Below, piece after piece: positions 31,201 to 42,439 of a stretch of DNA of 64,000 bases (the stretch's first letter is position 1; each line of letters starts with the position of its first letter). The position numbers and the translations under genes were made by a program. The notes beneath the pieces are model-generated. The model searched no databases. It saw nothing but the letters and a program-made list of their open reading frames with translations, and was not told the DNA's origin. Origin of the DNA: Eledone cirrhosa (lineage: Eukaryota); the NCBI GenBank assembly GCA_964016885.1, contig OZ024744.1, positions 36,394,001-36,458,000 on the forward strand. Direction: 5' to 3'.

Positions 31201-32949
31201 CGCTCAATGGGATCAGACTCTGGAGGAGGCTACTGCCTTCAAAGCACCAATTCAACTGCGCCAGCTGTTTTCGATCATGCTGATGACATGCGGTTTGAGT
31301 GACCCCTTAAAGCTTTGGGAGGCACACAAAAACAGCATGGCCGAAGACTTCCTCCACCGACTTCTACGTCAGGACCCTACGGCTGGGTTTGAATATAATT
31401 CTGCTATCTACAACGAGGCCTTACTCGACCTAGATAAACGAGTCCAAGCAATGGGAGGTCAGGGCGTCGCTACCTTCTGTTTGCCCCAACCACAGCAATC
31501 ATCCAGTTCATTAAACATCGAGTACATGCGCGAGGTTAGCTACGACCAGGTGCATTTGGCAGTTTATGTACAGCTCAACGAGCCTCGACTTTTGTCAGAC
31601 CAGAGGACTGCCTACAACATGATAATCTCCAGTATTGACTGCAAAGCGGGAGGTATTTTTGTTCTTGATGCTCCGGCGGGAAATAGCAAGACCTTCGTCA
31701 TCAACTTGCTTCTGGCTAAAGTTAGGCAATGCGGACAAATTGCTTTAGGAGTGGCCTCCAGTGGCATAGCGGCAACCCTGATAAATGGCGGTCGTACAGC
31801 CCATTCATTATTTAGGCTACCCTTAGATTTATCCAAGAGGGAAACGCCCACCTGCAATATCAGTCGCAGCTCGACAAAAGGCAAAATTCTGAACGAGTGC
31901 AACCTCATCATTTGGGATGAAGCGCCAATGAGCCATAAAGGCGCCTTTGAGGCTCTCGACTGTACCCTTCAGGATCTTAGGCACAATACACGGCTTATGG
32001 GTGGCGTGACAGTTTTGCTTGCTGTGGATTTTCGACAGACCCTTCCTATTATTTCGAAAGGAACAAGGCAGACGAGGTGAACGCAAGCATCAAGTGTTCC
32101 TACTTGTGGCAAAATATAAAAACGATGCATCTTACAACTAACATGAGAGTCCATCTTAGTGGTGATGAAGAGACCACGGTGTTCTCCAGGCAACTATTGG
32201 AAATAGGCAATGGCACTATAGTTGGCGAAAATGACGGTGCTATATGTCTTCCGTTTGGGCATGTTGTACCTAAAGCCGAAAATCTCATGTCAACGGTGTT
32301 TCCTTACCTACCCAGAAATTACACTGATCCCGATTGGCTGAAGCAGCGCGCAATCTTAGCGCCGAAAAATTTCACTGTGGATGCATTAAATTTTAGACTC
32401 CTAGAACAACTCCCTGGTGATTCCATCAGTTACAAGTCCATAGACTCTGTTCCCAACACGGACGAGGCGGTGCATTACCCGGTTGAATTTCTAAACAGCC
32501 TTACACCACAAGGACTTCCCCAGCATAACTTGCTACTTAAAAGAGGCTCTCCAGTTATGCTGTTAAGAAACTTAGACCCTCCGAAACTTTATAACGGAAC
32601 GTGGCTGACCATTAAGACCATGATATCAAAAGTCTTAGAGGCTACTGTCTTAAATGGACCAACCAGTGGTGAGGATGTCTTCATACCCAGAATACCGCTC
32701 ATTCCATCTGATATGCCCTTTCAGTTTCGACGACTGCAATTTCCATTGAAATTAAGCTTTGCAATGAGCATTAACAAGGTGCAAGGGCAGTCATTACAGG
32801 TGGTTGGCTTAGAACTTTCTGAACCTGTTTTTTCACATGGCCAGTTGTATGTTGGGTGCTCAAGGGTCGGGAGTCCAGAAAGCCTCTTCATCCATGCCCC
32901 TGAGGGCAAGACACAAAACGTCATCTACCATGAGGCGTTAGAGAATTAA
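28254..32949 (+). pseudogene. Helitron RepHel (HUH Rep plus Pif1/SF1 helicase), two predicted exons, few lesions
   Basis: Zn motif CTSC..MCC; Rep motifs FITLTCNP, WQKRGLPHAHIL, YICKYINK; helicase DAPAGNSKT, GGRTAHS, IWDEAPM, FRQTLP, RLQFPLKLSFAMSINKVQGQSL, HGQLYVGCSR. Predicted intron 28335-28569. Confidence 0.93.
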
Positions 32950-34944
32950 CACATGGTTACCCTCACACGAGCGCTTTTTCACTGCGAAACGTCAAAGCTT
33001 ATCCACCAAAGCTTATCCATTCTTCTAATCTGCAGTACTTTCTGCTTTAGAAAAACCTCATCTATCTCTAACATCTTCTACCCTCGGGCCAATTCCCCAT
33101 TCAGAGCCTTAAAGCATCCCTTCGCGCACGCCGTTATCTATCAGCTTCATTGAGCATCACAATCCGGCAACCGAAAACGCCATTCTTCTTGCTACCATTT
33201 ATCGCGACTCCCGCCATGCAAAAAACGTCCAATTTATTAGGATTATCCATCGTAAATCTCTTTACATTAACGCTCACCATATTCAGCAAAAAATTTATGA
33301 CGATTCTTCCATTTCTTATATACGGACTATCAAGACTATACCGCCGCGCATCATCCTGTATTGCGCCCAGTCTTCTCAGGCGATCATCGAGCCTCATTTT
33401 GGCCGAGAAGCATCCTGTGTAGCATCGCGTCTTCTAAAGCGATCAACATGCCATCCACTGTCCTCACAATTGACTCACAACTCCTCATCTATTCCCTGTG
33501 ACGCCCCTAAACATCATCAGCATGGCTTATTTTTCTGCCGCGTTTAACCGGCCCTCATTCTAGGTCATAAACAACTAAACCGCATGTCTATTTAAATTAA
33601 TGGTCAAAATGTTCAGCAAAACAATTATACCAATTCTTCCCCTTCACACTCAAGGCCTAGCCATTATATCTTATAGGTCGGGATTCGCAATTTCTACGAT
33701 TTCAATATTGACACAACAATCCGTCAGGTTTTTCGGCACATTTTGCTCCGATAGGAATATCAACGTGATTTTCACTTAATTCGTAAGTGTTCAATCTTCC
33801 GTATGCTTTTATTTTTTTATACAACACCGACTACAATCACTTAACTTTACTTTGTAGGGTAGACGCGAATCACAAGGGAAACAATCCTGTGATATACAAC
33901 ACCACCAAATTCTTTGGTCTACCTAGATTTCAATGGCTATATCCTTTGCTTTTGTACGGTTGTACATTTGACAATGTCGCAAAACATTATTCCACTTGAT
34001 TCTTACCTTTCAGCTATGAATTGGGCAGTGCCTTAAAATCCCGTTTTAATTGCGTGCAATTTTTTTGTATCTTATGTATGGAGAATCGAAAACCCTTTTT
34101 CTCATAACCTGATACATGCATTACACATGCTCCATGGGATGTTTGTGGACTATTTTTTCAAAATACCAATATCACAGATTGGAGCACAAAAGGAAACGTT
34201 GTTCTTCATTTATTTAAATCCAGCGCCTTATAAACCCGTGTGTATCCGGGTACACTAGCTAGAAAGAGAAATGGAAACATTGATTCCTCGGTCCGATTTG
34301 ACGAAAGTAGATTTAGTTCCACAGCAAATTAACAAACCATACTTGAAGACACGTTGAGGCTGTTGCAAAGGGCAATAACCCTAGATACAATTTTGACCAA
34401 CTTTTTTTCACCTATAGCAAATTTACCGGGACAGGTTTTTAGCTACTCAAATCTACTTCAGAGATCACGCATTGATGTAAAAAATCAATAAAACTGAAGC
34501 AGGAGCTTGACTTTGCGCAAAAAAACAAGGCAAAGTTACACATGGGAAAACTTTTTACAGGAACGACCGATATTCTTAAAAACTGTCACAAAAGACTCGC
34601 CATTATGCCGCGGTTAAGATAAAGGCCCTTTTAATTCTTCTTCTGCACATGTGAGCGCAAAAATTGTAAAAAAAAAAAAGCTGAAAAGAATCGTCATTTT
34701 CACCCTGCTTTAAATTAACTGAACATTCAATATCAAGCGATTTTGACTTCCGTCAGTCGTGCAGAGAACAATTTCAACGATACACTGTGTAACTACAATT
34801 AATAAATTACACACTGCGTCTACTAACCTATTTTTTTCATTGAAATTCGAAGTTTTGAACCTGTGATGCACGGGAAGTAACTTTCACACATTCTAACAGA
34901 CCAAAGATCGACTTACACCCGGGCAACGCCGTGTACTTCTGCTA

Positions 34945-35002
<58 letters not shown>

Positions 35003-36918
35003 CATTTACGTATCGAGAGAGAAAAAAAGGAAGTATAGGTGATACATGTAGTTATTTGCCAAATAGCCTGTGCAGAAGGTGCTCAATACTAGTGCCGGCA
35101 GTGTTAAATATTAGAAGTGTTAATATTTAGTGGGCGAGAGAATTAGCAGGGCGTAAGCACGAGGAAAAGTAAGAAATAGGAGAACAGACCGTTAATACAT
35201 GTTTATTTAAAACAGCACATACGTACGTTTCGCCCGGATGGGCTTCTCAAGGGCATAAATAACTAGTGTTCCTTACATGGCCCGGAAAGTGTTTTTGGAG
35301 GTAAGTTCACGTCAGAGTTCTTCGAAAAAAAAGCGTGTTTTGATTTTGCAGTAGGTCAAGGGAGGTAACTTAGGCCGGTGTTAGGGTAGTCTTTCCGGGA
35401 CAAATTTTTTATCCGTTACAAGATCTGATTACAACCTTACCATTGTCGATACGCACAGGGTCAGGTAAGCAACGTTTGTTTTGAGACGTTTGTTTTTCTG
35501 CACCTGTCCGCCCGGGTCATTTGAAGCTGGGTCTGGGATGCATGGTTAGTTTCCGCCGGGGTGTTAAAGCTTGTTGCAGGGAGACCCGGTATACGGTTTC
35601 ACTCCTCATCCTTAGCCCATCTGAAGAAGGATATTTTTAAGCGATGTGTACAGACTATCGTCGTTTCAGCTCTGCTGTTGATGAGCTCGTAGGGTGTCGT
35701 TATGATGTAGTAGACCTCCATGAGGCAAAACTCGCACATCCTCTTGAAGTTGTACGGTGCAACCCTGCCGACAATATCCCAGTGCGTGGAGAAGCTGATG
35801 TTTAAGTCTTTTAATGATATGATGTAGTCCGCGAGCGAAGTGGAGTGTCTTAATTTCTTATTTGCCTCCAACCACTCTAAGCAGACTCTCAACTCCATAG
35901 TCTATAGCATCTCACATAGGATCTCGAGGCTCTCCGCCAATGAGGATATCTTCAACCAAGCGGCAGATTACTATAATAGGGCCTTGATAAGCGCTGGCTT
36001 TAATCGAGGAATTTCCTACATCACTAACGCTAGCTCCAGAACCCCCCCCCCCCTCGCAAGACGAACGTTATAGTAAGCCATACCTATAACCGATCACGCG
36101 GCGACTTCGTAGGAGTCGGATATAATAGTATAGATAATCGCATTAAGGAACACGGCCGCAAAGTTAATTACACTGGCGATGGTATAGGTAACTTACCACA
36201 CAATAAAGATCACGACCCCGGTGACAGGGACCACTGTAGCCTACTCGAATTATTCCCCTACTATAAAATCAACAAAGGCGACGGCCTACTACCAACGCCT
36301 TCCAACCAACATCTTCCTGTACATAAACATAGAAGAAGGAAGTAGAGTGCACCCGAGCAAACAGTGAAAGGGGCACGTAACGAGCTACAGCACATTAACA
36401 TGCATAAGAACGGTCACCTTGATGGAACCACCCGTAGCAAACGTACAAGGACACGTAACCGCCACTGTAACGTCCTATGATTTCATCCCTCCTACTCTCG
36501 GAGTGTGGCCTCCAACATACCCCGGATATTCTTCGAAGCCTTAGAGAAGAACATCCCACCCAACCATAGGTATAGAAAAATCCTTAATAGGAACAATATA
36601 AAAATATCCTTCTCTACTACTCCTAACCTAGCAGACATAATAGGAACAACTAATCACAGTAAGTTCACCTAGACACAACACCTTAGCACAGACGCACCAA
36701 CACCTGGCAATAACTATATCGGCCTTAACGACTCCCTTGCAGCATCCAATATTGCTGGCAACAGCCCCTACAGACGCAACCAGCATAACCGTGACATGAC
36801 TGGGGAACATGCAGGACATGGCGTGCGGAATAATAATAGTACCACCCCGCGCACAGTGGGGTATAATGGTGCTAAGGACAGGTGCGGGGGCGTAGGTAAC
36901 AACGTAGATAGCAATAAT

Positions 36919-37137
36919 TGTTTCTACTATTGGCACAAGGCCAGAAATTACCCAGTACATTACTAGTACTTTATTTTATCGACCCCGTAAGGATGAAAGG
37001 CAAAGTTAACCTCGGCGGGATTTGAACTCAGAATAGCAAGGGCCGTAACTCTATGCATCAAAGCATGGCGTCCGACCCTCTACCGATACTGCCAATCCAC
37101 CGCCAATCCACCAATCCACCAATACTGCCAATCCACC
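36919..37137 (-). mobile_element. tRNA-derived SINE, copy 3, nested in the Penelope element with a 17-bp TSD
   Basis: TSD ACGTAGATAGCAATAAT at 36902-36918 and 37138-37154; reiterated 5' end. Confidence 0.9.
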
Positions 37138-37995
37138 ACGTAGATAGCAATAATGATAGCCTTACCGTGGAAATTAGAAGGGACCGCGACGGAAATTGCA
37201 ACTGACGCGACAAGGGGCGCTACCCCCTTAGGGGATACTGCTTGACTAATAGGGTTATATATAGGTGCACGGTAACTAGCCACAATAGCGTTAAACATTA
37301 TTTATGGGCTACCTCTGGCCCGTTCAAAATTAGATTTCGAACACATCTCCACTCTTTCACAAATAAGAAATTAAGACACTCCACTTCGCTCGCGGACTAC
37401 ATCATATCATTAAAAGACTTAAACATCAGCTTCTCCACGCGCTGGGATATTATCGGCAGGGCTGCACCGTACATCTTCAAGAGGAAGTGCGATCTTTGCC
37501 TCATGGAGCTCTACCACATCATAACGGCACCCCACTAGCTCATCAACAGTAGAGCTGAAACGACGATGAGCTGTACATATCGCTTAAAAATATCCTTGTT
37601 CAGATGGGATAAGGATGAGGAGTGAAACCGTATACCAGGTCTCCCCGCAACAAGCTTTAACACCCCGGCGGGCAGGCGCTGCAAAAAACATCCAGAAACT
37701 AACCATGCATCCCAGACCCAGCTTCAAATGACCCAGGCGCGCAGATGCAACTAACAAACGTCTCAAAACAAACGTTGCTTACCTGACCCTGTGCGTATCG
37801 ACAATGGTAAGGTTTGAACCACATCTTGTAACGGATAAAAAATTGTCCGGGAAAGACTGCCCTAACACCGGCCAGAGTTACCTCCCTTGACCTATTGCAA
37901 AATCAAAACACGCTTTTTTGCGAAGAATGAACTCTGACGTGAACTTACCTCCAAAAACATTTTCCGGGCCATGTAAGGAACACTTTTAGTTATTT

Positions 37996-38037
37996 ATGCC
38001 CTTGAGAAGCCCATCCGGGCGAAACGTACGTAGGTGC
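37996..38037 (+). ncRNA. Variant hammerhead-like motif (mirror copy at ~35215-35257, -)
   Basis: atgcc-CTTGAGAA-gccc atcc gggc-GAAAC gtac GTA-ggtgc; self-complementary ACGTACGT at stem III. Confidence 0.55.
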
Positions 38038-38093
38038 TGTTTTAAATAAACATGTATTAACACGATCTGTTCTCCTATTTCTTACTTTTCCAC

Positions 38094-38440
<347 letters not shown>

Positions 38441-38670
38441 TATAAATATTAAAATAAACCTACATACACTACCACATACACATACACAAGCGTGCAAAAA
38501 TACAAAAATACAACCACATACACATGCTTACACACGTAAGAAAATAAGCATACAACCAAATGAACGCACAAACGTAACCGCATACGTGAGCGCATTCGCG
38601 CGAAAAGAGCACACGCAGACAAAACCATACGTAAGACTATATATATATTGCTATACTTTGGGAGGGTCAT

Positions 38671-39645
38671 GTTGCCAATAAGAAACACACGCACCAGTTT
38701 CTTTCACTCCAATTTATTATAAAAAAGAAAAAAAAAAAGAAATTTCCGGTTGGTTGGTTGGTTCCACAACCGGACGGTTGTTCATATATTGTTAAATTCT
38801 TTGGTCACACATTCTGTGACCTCTTCAGTGACTGGGGATTCTTTTCTTTGTTTTGTGCCTCTCCTTTGTTCTGTCCTACGCCATCTTGTTTTTGTGTATG
38901 TTGTGTGCTTAGTTTGAGCATGTGTTACGTCCGGGTGTCTGTGTGTGTTTTTATTTGTTTATTTACATGTTACTGGTTTGTTGTTTGTTCTATGTGTGTG
39001 TGTTTTCATTTTGTCCTTAATTGTAAGTTGTGATGTTGCTATTACATTCATGTTTTCTATTTAATTTTGGTTGGAGTTCATTTATGTTTATTGCCTCTGT
39101 GATTTGTCTAAACATTGCGTCTTTTCTGTGTGTAGATTTTATTTTTATTTCTATGTTCTCTAATTTGCCCTTATGTTCTAGTTTAGCATGTTGGTGGAGT
39201 ATTGATGAATCTTTTCAATCTTGAAGCTCTCGCCAGTGTTCATTTAACCATTCTCCTATACTACGAGCTGTGTCACCTATGTACACTATATTCTTATCTT
39301 TACATTCTCCTTCAGTACATCTTATGCTATATACTATGTTTCTAGTTTTACTGTTAATATGGGGGCTTAGTTTACAGATTATGTATTTATTATCTATACA
39401 GGGAGGTCTTTGAAAAGGGTATGTATTACTAATAAGTGTTTTTATGGAGGTACCTCGTCTTCCACTATCTTAATATTTACTTTAAGTTCATCTAGGGCCC
39501 TTCTAAATTTGTAAGCCAGTTCACCTCTAGGGGTTGTATTGATGAACATTACACTCTGGTATTTATTGCTATCCTAGCATGTGTTTATTCTATTAACCTT
39601 ATTCCTAGTTCTTTCTATTCTATTCCAAAAGTTGGTCCCTTATAT
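38671..39645 (-). mobile_element. Penelope-like 3' fragment (GIY-YIG region and pLTR), same family as 6434-8000
   Basis: Reverse complement aligns with ~6950-7942, including the hammerhead motif at ~38790-38835. Confidence 0.88.
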
Positions 39646-39839
39646 ACATATATATATACAAACATATATACATATGCACACATGCACACACAGACAATAT
39701 ATATACACTCACATATGCATATATATATAAATATATTTATATATATACACACACACATACATACAGACATACATACAAGCGTACACATACAAACATGCAT
39801 ACATACATATATAGACACACACATACATACACATACATA

Positions 39840-39937
<98 letters not shown>

Positions 39938-39950
39938 CATGCATATATAA

Positions 39951-39981
<31 letters not shown>

Positions 39982-40040
39982 TACATATAAATACACGCAC
40001 ACATACAGACATACACACAACACTCACACACACACTTATA
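39645..40040. repeat. (TA)n/(CA)n microsatellite tract
   Basis: Direct inspection. Confidence 0.95.
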
Positions 40041-41127
40041 GAAAAGAATAATAAAAAACCTATAAAAGTAAGTACACATGAGTCTGTCTGCGAATGCGCC
40101 CGCACACAGTCCTATGTGGGAACAAAATACTAGTGGGTGAGTGAGGACAAGAGGGGAGTAAAAATGAAATAAACACAATTATAAAGAGTAGGTAAGGGAG
40201 AAACGTATGCGAAGAGATCTAGATAAGAGTATCTGGTTAAGGATTAAACTGAGTAAAGGATAAAGGTGGTGGGTGTGTGTGTAAGGGGTAAGGTAAAAAG
40301 TAGAGGGAAATATAAGTCAACAGAAAAATAAATATAATAGGAAAAATATAAATATCAGGAGATATAGGAGGAGATGAGGGAGAACATATGGGTAAGGAAT
40401 GTGAGTTCAGAGAGTAATAAAAATCGTAGTGGATGGAAGGCGTAATGAGTAAAGAAGAAGCTCAAGGTGGTTGAGTCATCGTAGAAATGTCAATCCAGTT
40501 ACAAAATAGATGCGATTTCAGGCGAGGACAACATCTGAAGATCTCGGTCTTGGAGTTAAGGCAACTGGAAGTGGCTTTCAAATTTTGGAGAATTCTCTTT
40601 TCCTGTACCTTTCCGACGGAATTACTTCATTTATATATATATATACTAGACCGAAAAATGCGGGCGCATGTGTATTAATATTCTTAAATAATAATAAACC
40701 TGGAAAAGTGCAGGACAAATAGAATTAACTCTTAACATATTGAAGCTGGAATTTGAATTTGATGAATTTAATGTACAGTAAAATTAGCAATGCCAAGAGA
40801 TAATAAGAAATAATAATGAATTAGGGGATTTATTAGATATTAAGTCATCAGTTTGCATAAGTCAACAATCACCATTTTGCCAACCAAATGCAATTAATGT
40901 CATCAATCTTTTGTACATAAATTGTCAGTTCATTTAAGTTGTCACTTTTTTTGTCCCTTTAGTGGGGTAATTATACTGTATTACTTTAAAGATTGACAAT
41001 AAAAATTAATTGAAATTAATAGTAAAAAGTAATGAGCTAAATTTTGCATAAATTGTCATCATATGAAAATTATTAATCTAATTTCATTTAAAAAAAAGTT
41101 AAGCCAAAATTTGTCAAGATCGAATTA

Positions 41128-41245
41128 CAGTTGACTCTCCCTAATTGTCAGCACCATTTTTGGCCCAACTTTTATTTGTTGTGACTCTCCCTAATTGTCA
41201 GTCATTTTACAGTTCCTTTGAGTGACAATTAGAGATAGTCAACTG
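41128..41245. mobile_element. Small TA-flanked MITE (pogo/Tigger-like CAGT...ACTG)
   Basis: TA-CAGTTGACTCTCCCTAATTGTCA ... TGACAATTAGAGATAGTCAACTG-TA, with an internal repeat of the TIR core. Confidence 0.75.
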
Positions 41246-41717
41246 TATTTCAAAAGGAAAATTCAGTGATCAAGTGCGATATCATTCTGAGTGATAATCT
41301 GGATTACTGTTCCTTTCTTATGAGGAAAGCAGAGACTATCTTTTAGAGATTAGCACCAAAGATTAAGTAGGCCATTCCTAATGAATCAAGGTGATTTCTA
41401 GATCGTTTCTAATTATTTAATTAATAATTAAAGTAAAAAATTATCTTGGTTGTCTTTAGGTCATTCTTGTGTTATTCTAAATCTATCCATGAAAGAGCTA
41501 GGAATGACCATTCCACATGCCAGTGCCGAAACGCTGGCACAGAAATGCCTGCACCGAAACGTCCTGTTCCATGCCATCTTAACAACCTTCACCTCCTTGT
41601 GATTAAGTGTGATGTCATAGGCTTATTTAATTCATCAAATTCAAATTCCAGCTTCAATATTTTAAGAGTTAATTCTACTTGTCCTGTACTTTTCCAAGTG
41701 TATTATTATTTAAGAAT

Positions 41718-41744
41718 GCTGGCCTTGTGCCTAAAGTAGAAACA
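41718..41744 (+). mobile_element. 27-bp SINE 3'-end insertion with 16-bp TSD
   Basis: GCTGGCCTTGTGCCTAAAGTAGAAACA flanked by ATTATTATTTAAGAAT (41702-41717 and 41745-41760); absent from the opposite arm of the inverted repeat. Confidence 0.88.
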
Positions 41745-42204
41745 ATTATTATTTAAGAATATTAATACACATGCGCCCGCATTTTTCGGTCTAATCCCCC
41801 CCTTTTTTAAGGCATTGCCGCAAATTATTTTATTTAAATTACCTTGACCATTTGCTAAGGCATTTACAATCCTTTTTTCATCAATAAAAATTAATTTTTC
41901 ATTTCAATATTTTTATAAAATCCAAAATATTAAAATTGAAAAGGTATTTTGTAGAATATAATCAATAGAGACATTTTCCTTTTCTGAACACCCTTACTAC
42001 AAGCCTTCAGGTGTGCCCATAGAGACAAAGCTATAATAGACTATACTCTAATGATCAATTTAGAGTTTAACTTAACAAGTGAAGTTATTAAAGAGGCTAG
42101 AAAAACAAGCAGTTAAAATAACTGAGTCAAAAATAAATAAAATTAAGCAGTAAATACATAAAATGCCAATAAACAGTGAGCTCAAATTCAACAATAATTT
42201 GTCC

Positions 42205-42430
42205 ATAATTAGCAGTTAGTCCAAAATAAAATTATGTAGTCCAGAATTAGCATTTAGTCCCAAATAAAATTAAGTAGTCCAGAATTAGCATTTAGTCCAA
42301 AATAAAATTAAGTAATCCAGAATTAGCATTTAGTCAAAAATAATCAGCAAGCAGTCCAAAACAAAATGAAGTAGTCCAGAATTAACAGAAGTCCTAATTA
42401 TAAGTTGGTAGTCCAAGATCAATAGTCCAA
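42205..42430. repeat. Tandem ~39-bp repeats in the 3' region of the Helitron-like element
   Basis: AAATAAAATTAAGTAGTCCAGAATTAGCATTTAGTCC, about five degenerate units. Confidence 0.85.
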
Positions 42431-42439
42431 ATAAAAATT

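Larger units (their letters stand above)
26610..34945 (+). mobile_element. Canonical Helitron; 5' boundary uncertain
   Basis: RepHel coding region 28254-32949; hairpin plus CTAG termini at 34234-34262 and 34917-34945 (CTAG|T into TA repeats). The 5' end is only guessed at the TA tract near 26610. Confidence 0.8.
35163..38093 (+). mobile_element. Second Naiad-like Penelope element: 5'-truncated copy (35861-38093, +) preceded by an inverted 3' copy (35163-35864, -)
   Basis: SNHSKQ..ISRLSANEDIF..YNRAL, YRKILNRNNIKISFS, CN*R..PL..YCL..VIYRC, FKIRFRTHLHSF, STSLADYI, CDLC; the last ~730 bp are mirrored on the left. Confidence 0.85.
40646..41792. mobile_element. Segment bounded by ~125-bp inverted repeats: a foldback element or the 3' end of the USP-bearing Helitron
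   Basis: TAGACCGAAAAATGCGGGCGCATG...GATGAATT (40647-40770) is inverted at 41625-41792; the minus strand ends hairpin-CTAG|T. Confidence 0.75.

Noticed and set aside
30521-32949. Host PIF1 helicase gene
   Set aside because: Preceded by HUH Rep motifs and followed by hairpin-CTAG ends, so it is a Helitron.
37197-37230. In-frame TGA (37203-37205) at the second Cys of the Naiad CxC motif, suggesting selenocysteine recoding as reported for some Naiads
   Set aside because: This copy is decayed: the next Cys is TAC, a conserved Trp is also TGA (~36478), and other stops occur. No convincing SECIS was found downstream. A family consensus plus SECISearch would settle it.
40480-40620. Minus-strand CLNSKTEIFRCCPRLK, resembling a Naiad C-terminus
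   Set aside because: Too short to call without a homology search.
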